Assembly (NCBI GenBank): GCA_050178385.1
Contig: JBFXGD010000096.1
Span: 1 to 13,113, forward strand
Source of the DNA: Calditrichaceae bacterium
GTDB taxonomy: Bacteria; Calditrichota; Calditrichia; Calditrichales; JBFXGD01
Length of the DNA stretch: 13,113 nucleotides
Reading direction: 5' to 3'
Positions 1 to 7,189 of this stretch are shown here, piece after piece. Made by a program: the position numbers and the translations under genes. The number at the start of each line of letters is the position of its first letter. Within the stretch, counting starts at the first letter, position 1. The notes beneath the pieces were generated by a model, which saw only the letters and a list, made by a program, of their open reading frames with translations, had not been told where the DNA came from and did not search any database.

Positions 1-233
1 CCGGGACCTTGATTCTTCTGGCTCACATACCTGAGCGAATAGACCGCGGTCTGCATAAAAGATTCAACAATTTCCCGTGTCCGGTCTGTCGAACCATCGT
101 CTGCGATAATTATTTCGAACTGATCGCCGGAAAAATCAATATATCTGAATGATTTTAGTAGTTCATGAATTTCATCGGCGCGATTAAACGAAGGAATTAG
201 AACAGAAAAGAATCGGTATTGTCGATCAGTCAT
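1..233 (-). CDS. Glycosyltransferase family 2 protein (N-terminal part; runs off the left edge)
   Basis: Not in the ORF track. Manual translation from ATG at 233 gives MTDRQYRFFSVLIPSFNRADEIHELLKSFRYIDFSGDQFEIIIADDGSTDRTREIVESFMQTAVYSLRYVSQKNQGP..., open to the edge. It has the GT-A/GT2 N-terminal motifs SVLIPSFN, EIIIADDGSTD and NQGP. It starts 24 bp after the stop of the upstream GT2. Confidence 0.9.
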   Translation of the reverse strand, partial: MTDRQYRFFSVLIPSFNRADEIHELLKSFRYIDFSGDQFEIIIADDGSTDRTREIVESFMQTAVYSLRYVSQKNQGP

Positions 234-257
234 GTGGATGTTATCTCGGTAAGAAGT

Positions 258-1181
258 TTAGTTTATCTCTTTTTTGATGGAATAATCGATGGAATCGTCC
301 CGCGTGCTGGTCAGCATCTCACCGATCAGTCCTAAAGAAAACGATTGAACACCAACAATCAACATCAAAACACCAAGGAACAAAAGAGGGCGCTGACCGA
401 TGCTATTTCCCTGAAACCAGAGAATGGTCAGATACAATGAGATTAATAAACCGATAAACATTGAGACAAGTCCGAAAAAACCAAACAAATGCAGTGGTTT
501 TTGCCGGAAACGGGTAATAAACATAACCGTAAGCAAATCAAAAAAGCCATTAAAAAACCGGCTGATTCCAAATTTAGTTTTTCCGAATTTTCTCGCGTGA
601 TGCGTAACGGTGATTTCTCCTATTCGGAAACCCTGCCAATGAGCCAGAACCGGCAAATATCTGTGAAGCTCGCCATATACGGGAATCGATTTGATGACAT
701 CGTTACGGTATGCTTTGAGACCGCAGTTAAAATCATGAATTTTTATTCCGGTAATCAGGCGGGTAGTGGAATTAAATAATTTTGACGGAATCGTTTTGGT
801 TATCGGATCATGACGTCTCTTCTTCCAACCGGAAACAAGATCAAGCCCGCCTTCAATTTTTTCTATAAGTTTGGGAATCTCGGCCGGGTCATCCTGAAGA
901 TCCGCGTCCATCGTTATTACAATATCACCATTCGCTCTTTTGAATCCTTCAGAGAGCGCAGCGCTTTTTCCATAATTTTTCCGGAATTGAATTATTCTGA
1001 GTTCAGGGTGTTCTTTTTTTAATTTCATAAGCTCGTCAAAAGAACCGTCGGAGCTGCCGTCATCAATAAATATAATCTCAAATTTTTTATTCAGGCTGTT
1101 TATCCGGGAGACAATACCTTCGGTCAGCAATGCTAATGAATCTACTTCATTATATAAGGGGATGACGATCGATAAATCCAT
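258..1181 (-). CDS. GT2 polyprenol-phosphate glycosyltransferase (DPM1/ArnC/GtrB-like) with two C-terminal TM helices
   Basis: 307 aa. Motifs SIVIPLYNE, EIIFIDDGSSD, RKNYGKSAAL, MDADLQDDP (DxD), DFNCGLKAY and ELHRYLP. Two hydrophobic segments near the C-terminus (LFGFFGLVSMFIGLLISLYLTILWF; LLFLGVLMLIVGVQSFSLGLIG). The sugar donor cannot be determined by eye. Confidence 0.9.
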   Translation of the reverse strand: MDLSIVIPLYNEVDSLALLTEGIVSRINSLNKKFEIIFIDDGSSDGSFDELMKLKKEHPELRIIQFRKNYGKSAALSEGFKRANGDIVITMDADLQDDPAEIPKLIEKIEGGLDLVSGWKKRRHDPITKTIPSKLFNSTTRLITGIKIHDFNCGLKAYRNDVIKSIPVYGELHRYLPVLAHWQGFRIGEITVTHHARKFGKTKFGISRFFNGFFDLLTVMFITRFRQKPLHLFGFFGLVSMFIGLLISLYLTILWFQGNSIGQRPLLFLGVLMLIVGVQSFSLGLIGEMLTSTRDDSIDYSIKKEIN

Positions 1182-1198
1182 ATAAATTCCCGGTTTAT

Positions 1199-1975
1199 TT
1201 AGTTTTCAAGTGAAAGGTCTATCTGACTGGCGTTATCAGATATTTTTATATCAAACAATTTGTAATCAACAGGTTTGTTGATATCCAGGCTCGAAAAATA
1301 AATAGATATCCCCTGTTTTTCATCAGGTCTTACAAAGTTTATTGCCATCGGAAAATAAGTATCATTAATTTTATTGAATTTATCATATTCCTTATAATAT
1401 ATAAGGTGTTCATCCTGGAATAATTCAATCCTTTTTATCAGATATGTCGCCGCGTCAAACCAAATGTGGTAAACCGCCTCACCATTGGCAGCCTCCAGAT
1501 AGTATGCGTTGTCACGAATTTCAAACAATTTCTTTTCAAGAACGTCAAATTTATCCTGCGCGACAAATACCGATTGTAATTCAGTAATCTCGAGAGGAAA
1601 CTGTAAAAAATTGCGCCCTTCAAAGTCAATTTTCGAACCTGTATAAAATTGGTTCATTACCTGATTATAAAAAACAAATCGATTTTTAGCCAGAAAAACT
1701 TTTCCGAGATTCATGCCGAACGGCCCCGTCACGGCGATTAGAAGCGAATCACTGCCGGTTTGCGCGATACGCGCTGAAAAATTGCCGGAATACTGAGGAG
1801 AATCCAGTGTGATACGGGTCTCGCCTGAGAGAGATGTAATTGAATTTTGCCACGCGACATTATTCTGAAGAAGTTCCCGGTAAGTTATCTTATTAAGGTC
1901 CGGCTTAATATTGGTTTTTGCGGTGGAACATCCAATTGCGAATATGAAAACCGTTAATATTAAAAATTTATACAT
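1199..1975 (-). CDS. Lipoprotein, DUF4292-type / LolB-like fold (putative)
   Basis: 258 aa. Signal peptide II with lipobox AIG-C16. Beta-rich alternating pattern including DSLLIAVTGPFGMNLGKVFLAKNRFVFYN and YDKFNKINDTYFPMAINF, which resembles DUF4292 proteins that follow TPR genes in FCB bacteria. Its ATG overlaps the upstream stop (TAATG). Confidence 0.7.
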   Translation of the reverse strand: MYKFLILTVFIFAIGCSTAKTNIKPDLNKITYRELLQNNVAWQNSITSLSGETRITLDSPQYSGNFSARIAQTGSDSLLIAVTGPFGMNLGKVFLAKNRFVFYNQVMNQFYTGSKIDFEGRNFLQFPLEITELQSVFVAQDKFDVLEKKLFEIRDNAYYLEAANGEAVYHIWFDAATYLIKRIELFQDEHLIYYKEYDKFNKINDTYFPMAINFVRPDEKQGISIYFSSLDINKPVDYKLFDIKISDNASQIDLSLEN

Positions 1976-3660
1976 TATTTATTTTTTTCCAGTTTAGTTT
2001 TTACGTTTTCGTTGTCAGGTTCAAGCTCCAGCGCTTTTTCCCAAAGGATATTCGCGTCAATCAATTTCCCCATTTCATAGTAAATATCTCCGAGATGATC
2101 CAGCACTACGGAGGAAGTTTCTCTTACCTGAATGGATCTCTCAATATTCCTGGCAGCTTCTTCAAGATTACCCAGCTTGTAATAGATCCAACCCACGGTA
2201 TCAAGATAAGCGGGATTATCCGGTTGAGCCTCGATCGCTTTCTGCGCCATGGCGAGAGCATCATTCATGCGGATATTTCTTTCGGATAAGCTATAGCCGT
2301 AATTATTGAGTAAAAGATGATTATCGGGGAAGCGCTTCAAGCCCTCATCATAAAGACTGTCCGACTGGGTGTACATCTTGAGTGATTCATATACAACAGG
2401 CAACGTTGATAAAGCATTGAAATTCATCGGTTCAAGCTCAAGCGCTTTTTGCAGAGGAGGAATAGCTTCCCGGTATTTTTTTAATTCCTGAAGAGTGATT
2501 CCATAAAATGTCCATAATGAGGCGTCCTCAGGTAGTTCTTCAATGGCCTCAGAATAGATCTTTTCGGCTTTTTTCAAGCTGTCCATATCATTGTAGGTAA
2601 ATCCCAGATAAAGCCAGCCGAAACGATTTTTTCTGTCTTCTTTGATGATTTTTCTGAAATATCCGATTGCGGCATCGTGGTTTTTCGCATTCAGTTCGAT
2701 GCGGCCCATAATGTCAAAGGCGCCCCAGGGAATCCCCGGAGTGTTAATAACCGGTAATAACAGCTTCTTTGCTTCCACAAGATCTTCAAGGTAAAATTTA
2801 GATTCAGCAATCATAATTCTTGATGAAAGATCCGTGGAATCTCTTTTAAAAAGCGGCTGATAAAGATCAATTACTTTTTGCCATTCCTGTTCACGCCGGT
2901 AAAGCATGGCAAGATGTTCAATCGCGTCGATAAAATCAGGTTTATATGTGACCGCTCTGTTGTAATAATTTTTCGCCTCATCAAAATTCTGACGGTTTTC
3001 CTCAATTCGACCGAGCATATACCAGATCCCCGCGTCGGTCGAATCTGATTTTAATATCTCGTTATAATAATGAATAGCTTTATCGTGCTGCATATTTCGC
3101 AAATAGATGTTGGCGATTTGTTCAAGGATTTTTCTGTCACTACCGTACAAGTCTATCAGCTGTTCGTAAAGCTGCGCCTTTGCCATCTCGTCCTGATTCT
3201 TTTCATAAAGGAAGAGCAGAAAATTACGGGCATCCTCGTTATATGGATTCAGCCTGAGCAGTTCTTTGTATGCCGTGATGGCCTTGTCATCCTGTTTCAG
3301 CCTAAAATAACATTCCGCTTTTAATTGCAGGGTTTCCTCGTTTAGGGAATCAAGTCGGGCGGCTTTTTCAAGATAATAGAGAGCAGTGTCGTAATTACCG
3401 AGTTTCATACGGTTATAGGCCAGGCTGTTGTGTATGGTCGCGGATGTTGAGTCATACAATAGCGCCTGGTCAAATTGAACAAATGCTTCTTCGAAGCGTT
3501 CTTCCATCTGAAGAAACAAGCCCTGCAGATAGTGGTCGCGCGCTTTTAATGAAACCGTTTCCGTCGCCGCTTCCGATGGAACCAGCTTTTTGGATGAAGT
3601 ACAGCCTGTTACGTTTAAAGATATAATGACGGCTGCGGATATGTAGATAATTTTTTTCAT
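1975..3660 (-). CDS. Tetratricopeptide-repeat lipoprotein (LbcA/PA4667-like C-terminus)
   Basis: 561 aa. Lipobox VTG-C20. Many TPR units (e.g. AITAYKELLRLNPYN, AKNYYNRAVTYKPDF, LQKALELEPMN). C-terminal signature LNNYGYSLSER...AQKAIEAQPDNPAYLDTVGWIYYKLG...LDHLGDIYYEMG...WEKALELEPDN. Confidence 0.9.
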   Translation of the reverse strand: MKKIIYISAAVIISLNVTGCTSSKKLVPSEAATETVSLKARDHYLQGLFLQMEERFEEAFVQFDQALLYDSTSATIHNSLAYNRMKLGNYDTALYYLEKAARLDSLNEETLQLKAECYFRLKQDDKAITAYKELLRLNPYNEDARNFLLFLYEKNQDEMAKAQLYEQLIDLYGSDRKILEQIANIYLRNMQHDKAIHYYNEILKSDSTDAGIWYMLGRIEENRQNFDEAKNYYNRAVTYKPDFIDAIEHLAMLYRREQEWQKVIDLYQPLFKRDSTDLSSRIMIAESKFYLEDLVEAKKLLLPVINTPGIPWGAFDIMGRIELNAKNHDAAIGYFRKIIKEDRKNRFGWLYLGFTYNDMDSLKKAEKIYSEAIEELPEDASLWTFYGITLQELKKYREAIPPLQKALELEPMNFNALSTLPVVYESLKMYTQSDSLYDEGLKRFPDNHLLLNNYGYSLSERNIRMNDALAMAQKAIEAQPDNPAYLDTVGWIYYKLGNLEEAARNIERSIQVRETSSVVLDHLGDIYYEMGKLIDANILWEKALELEPDNENVKTKLEKNK

Positions 3661-3672
3661 AATAAGTCGCTA

Positions 3673-3701
3673 AATTTATGGGTTAATAACTGAAATAACA
3701 A
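3673..3701 (-). promoter_or_regulatory. Candidate sigma70-type promoter for the TPR operon
   Basis: The minus strand reads TTGTTA-N17-TAAATT, ending 12 nt before the ATG at 3660. The AT-rich context makes chance matches plausible. Confidence 0.35.
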
Positions 3702-3795
3702 GATTTAATTGATCTCTTTCCCGGGAATATGCCTTGATTTGAAAAATTTAATTAATTAAGTTCAAAAATTATAAGAACTCTTTGAATAAATATTT

Positions 3796-3823
3796 TTGCA
3801 TAAATCGCTTGTTAAAGTAAATT
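3796..3823 (+). promoter_or_regulatory. Candidate sigma70-type promoter for the PBP1A gene
   Basis: TTGCAT-N16-TAAATT upstream of the PBP gene. An alternative, TTGATT-N17-TAAGTT, lies at 3734-3762. AT-rich region. Confidence 0.3.
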
Positions 3824-3846
3824 TAAAATAAAAAAGTTCCTGACTT

Positions 3847-6003
3847 ATGAAGAGAAAAAAACGCGGTACACAAACATTGATTAAAATAATGAAAAATCAG
3901 AGCCAATCTTCCATGACCACCAGTACAAACCAAATTAAGGGCTCGAAAAACAAAACGCTGATTTTTGCCGGAATCCTGGCCCTGTTTATAGTAGGCGGAA
4001 TCGGATATTTATACTATCTGAGCAATGATTTACCTTCTCTTACAAAACTTGAAAGAATTGATCCTGCTATCGCGACCCAGGTCTATTCGGCTGATGGTGA
4101 AGTCCTTCACTCATTCTTCACATATAACCGAACATATACACCCTTTGATAAAATTCCGGAACCCGTACTTGAAGCGCTGCTTGCTACTGAAGACCGTGAT
4201 TTTTATTCACACTGGGGAATAAATTTAGCCGGAATAGTCAGGGCGGTCGCAGTTGATATCGCCCATCTGGGATTTAAGCAGGGTGCAAGCACAATTACAA
4301 TGCAGCTGGCAAGAAACCTGTATTTCGGCCTTGAGCAGACCTTTGCGCGAAAACTAAAAGAAGCGATGACGGCAATACAGATAGAACGCTCGTATTCCAA
4401 GAATGAAATTATTGAGATGTATTTGAATGTCAACTCATTCGGAAATAACGCTTTCGGTATACAGGCTGCAGCCCGCAGATATTTTGACAAAAACGTAGAA
4501 GAGCTGAATGTGGAAGAATCCGCTTTATTGATTGGATTGCTAAAAGGCCCAAGCCGTTATTCGCCAATACGGCACCCGGAACGGGCCGTCCAAAGGCGGA
4601 ATGTTGTGCTCAGCACACTCATGGATAACGGAAATCTGACAAAGGTGGAATTCGATAGTTTAAAGGAACTGCCTCTGAGCATGACTCTAAACGATCCTCA
4701 TGAGATGAAAGTAGCGCCTTATTATACAGAGTTTATCCGGCGTCAGTTAAATATGCTTCAGGATTCGCTCCATGTTAATGTCTATGAAGACGGATTGCGC
4801 GTTTATACATCTCTTAATATCCGCATGCAGAAGTTAATGGAAGAAGCAATACAAAAAAATATTGATGGCCTCCAGGAGCGGGTCCGAAATCAACAGGCGT
4901 TTGATGAGATGCGAAAGACGATGACCGACTCAGTTTTCAACGAATTAACAACGATGCAAATCGCTTTTACGGCGCTTAATCCGCATAACGGACAAATTCT
5001 GGCCATGGTAGGCGGCCGCGATTTTGAAAAATCAAAGTTCAACCGGGTCACTCAGGCAAAACGACAGCCGGGATCAGCCTTCAAACCATTTTTGTACACA
5101 GCCGCCATCGATAATGGTTATACTCCGGCAGATGAATATCTGAATCAGCCTACAGTAGAAATTAACCCCGACGGCACACGATGGACTCCCGAAAATTATG
5201 AAGGGACTGTCAGCGGATTGATGACGATCAGGGAAGCGCTTTACCGCTCTGTCAACCTGGTTGCGGTCCGTCTGATTGCTGATATAACTCCGGCTCTGGT
5301 GGCTCAATACGCGCACCGTATGGGAATTACCACGGATATAAGGGCTTTTTCGTCGCTGGCCCTGGGAAGTTCGGATGTGATCCCTCTTGAGCTGATTTCG
5401 GCGTATGGTACGTTCGCCAATAATGGTGTACATGTTAATCCGATTTCCATTTTGAAAATTGAGGACAAAAACGGCAATATTATTTATCAGGCTAAAACCG
5501 ATAGAAAAGAAGTTCTGTCTCCTGAAACCGTATATATTATGAATGATATGTTACAGGATGTGATCAGGCGGGGTACAGGATATGGTGTCCGCCGGGATTA
5601 TAACTTTTATGTTCCGGCCGGTGGAAAAACCGGAACCACCAATGACAATACAAATGCCTGGTTTGTGGGATTCACTCCTGATATCGTAGCCGGTGTATGG
5701 GTTGGACTTGATGATTTCAAACTGACCTTAGGAAAGAAAATGACCGGAGCGGTCGCGGCTTTGCCGTTTTGGGGTGATTTTATGAAGTCGGTGTATGATT
5801 CGGTTCAATTTACCCAGGGCAGTTTTGCCGAAGCCCCTGGTGTGATCAGGCTTGAAATCTGCAAGGAGAGTAAACAGCTAGCGGGTCCATACTGTCCGGA
5901 ACGTTATGAAGAGTTGTTTAATATCAGCTATCAACCAAAGGAAAAGTGTTCAATTCACACCGGTGATCAGTCTGTTCGTGACGGCAGAAGAAAGCGTTTT
6001 TAG
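3847..6003 (+). CDS. mrcA: Class A penicillin-binding protein (PBP1A family; transglycosylase-transpeptidase)
   Basis: 718 aa; the true start may be ATG 3889 or 3913. Single N-terminal TM (LIFAGILALFIVGGIGYLYYL). GT51 motifs EDRDFYSHWG, GASTITMQLARN, RKLKE and KNEIIEMYLN. Transpeptidase motifs SAFK (SxxK), SVN (SxN) and KTG. Confidence 0.95.
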   Translation: MKRKKRGTQTLIKIMKNQSQSSMTTSTNQIKGSKNKTLIFAGILALFIVGGIGYLYYLSNDLPSLTKLERIDPAIATQVYSADGEVLHSFFTYNRTYTPFDKIPEPVLEALLATEDRDFYSHWGINLAGIVRAVAVDIAHLGFKQGASTITMQLARNLYFGLEQTFARKLKEAMTAIQIERSYSKNEIIEMYLNVNSFGNNAFGIQAAARRYFDKNVEELNVEESALLIGLLKGPSRYSPIRHPERAVQRRNVVLSTLMDNGNLTKVEFDSLKELPLSMTLNDPHEMKVAPYYTEFIRRQLNMLQDSLHVNVYEDGLRVYTSLNIRMQKLMEEAIQKNIDGLQERVRNQQAFDEMRKTMTDSVFNELTTMQIAFTALNPHNGQILAMVGGRDFEKSKFNRVTQAKRQPGSAFKPFLYTAAIDNGYTPADEYLNQPTVEINPDGTRWTPENYEGTVSGLMTIREALYRSVNLVAVRLIADITPALVAQYAHRMGITTDIRAFSSLALGSSDVIPLELISAYGTFANNGVHVNPISILKIEDKNGNIIYQAKTDRKEVLSPETVYIMNDMLQDVIRRGTGYGVRRDYNFYVPAGGKTGTTNDNTNAWFVGFTPDIVAGVWVGLDDFKLTLGKKMTGAVAALPFWGDFMKSVYDSVQFTQGSFAEAPGVIRLEICKESKQLAGPYCPERYEELFNISYQPKEKCSIHTGDQSVRDGRRKRF

Positions 6004-6007
6004 ATTA

Positions 6008-7189
6008 TCATTGCAGCCATGATTCAGGATTGTAGGTAATCTGTTTCCCATAAATCTCAAAATGCAGTTTGGTACCGGATAAAGATCCTGAGTCCCCGAC
6101 GGTCGCTAGCGTCTGACCGGTTTGAAGAATATCTCCCTTTTCCACATAAATTTCATCAAGATGCGAATACACGGTATAATAACCATTGCCATGGTCAATA
6201 ATTACCGTATTGCCGTAACCGGACATGTAGGTAATCATCCTTACGACACCGGTAAAAACACATCTTACCGGAGTTCCCAGAGAGCTTTCGATCTCGATTC
6301 CCGTGTTATTGACATATGTTTTTAAATAAGGATCACGCTGTTTTCCATATTTAGTTAATATTTTTCCTTTTACCGGCCAGGGAAGCCGGCCTTTTGCTTT
6401 ACCGAAATCATCAAAGTCCATTTCAGGGATATCATCCGCGGTTTTATTGTTTTCCTTAAGACGTCTCTGACGCTCGAGTGTCAGTATGAAGGAATTCAAT
6501 TGCTGCCGTTCCTGTTCTTTGGTGTCGAGCTGCTTCTGATAGAGTGACTGATTCCAGCGGATTTTTTTCAGAAAAGCAGCTTTTTCGGATTTACGGCTGA
6601 GATATTGAGATTCTTCCTTTTCCTTTGCCTTAATAGTCAGCTTCATATGCTCCAGATCTTCATTCATTCTGGCTTTTAGATTTTCAATTTGCCGCTTTTT
6701 TCTTTCAATACTAGCCAGAGTGCGTTCATCCTGCTCCGCGATCAGTTTAAGGTAGCGATAACGGATTAATGCCTGATTAAAGGATGCCGATGTCAGTATG
6801 AGTTCAATGTTGCGTATTTTACCGTATTTGTAAAAATAAACCATTCTCTCGGCAAAAAGCTTCTTGGATTCTTCAAGTTGCTTCCGGGTTGATTTAATCT
6901 GCCGGTTTGTCGCAGCGATCTGGTTGTCTATAATACGTCTCTGTGTCTCCAGAAGGCCCTTCGCCTGTGAAATAAGCGCGACTTCTTTATCAATCAATTG
7001 GATCTGAGTACTTATGGAAGATTCTTCAATTTTGGATTTGGAGATTTGATTCCTTAAATTTTGGATTTCCTGTTTAATGTTTACCAGTTTTGATTTGTTG
7101 GCTGAAAGTTCACGGTCATAATTGTTTTGAGCTGAAATAATCGATGGGGAAATAAATAAAAGGATATATAATAACGATTTACAATTCAT
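6008..7189 (-). CDS. envC: EnvC-like murein hydrolase activator (signal peptide, long coiled coil, degenerate M23/LytM domain)
   Basis: The ORF track gives 7249 as the start, but ATG at 7189 (MNCKSLLYILLFISPSIISAQ) yields a clean signal peptide and overlaps the upstream stop by 11 bp. A long coiled coil is followed by KGRLPWPVKG...NNTGIEI...GYGNTVIIDHGNGYYTVYSHL...KLHFEI. The Zn-site motifs HxxxD and HxH are degenerate. Confidence 0.88.
   Translation of the reverse strand: MNCKSLLYILLFISPSIISAQNNYDRELSANKSKLVNIKQEIQNLRNQISKSKIEESSISTQIQLIDKEVALISQAKGLLETQRRIIDNQIAATNRQIKSTRKQLEESKKLFAERMVYFYKYGKIRNIELILTSASFNQALIRYRYLKLIAEQDERTLASIERKKRQIENLKARMNEDLEHMKLTIKAKEKEESQYLSRKSEKAAFLKKIRWNQSLYQKQLDTKEQERQQLNSFILTLERQRRLKENNKTADDIPEMDFDDFGKAKGRLPWPVKGKILTKYGKQRDPYLKTYVNNTGIEIESSLGTPVRCVFTGVVRMITYMSGYGNTVIIDHGNGYYTVYSHLDEIYVEKGDILQTGQTLATVGDSGSLSGTKLHFEIYGKQITYNPESWLQ

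Noticed and set aside
258..1181. Calling the GT2 arnC (lipid A L-Ara4N modification)
   Set aside because: No arnA/B/D/T genes are in the window, and the motifs are shared across polyprenol-phosphate GT2s.
489..3626. Short alternative ORFs (489-779, 810-1022, 1438-1629, 2095-2289, 3070-3324, 3444-3626)
   Set aside because: All lie inside well-supported genes, antisense or out of frame, and show no recognisable motifs; these are shadow ORFs.
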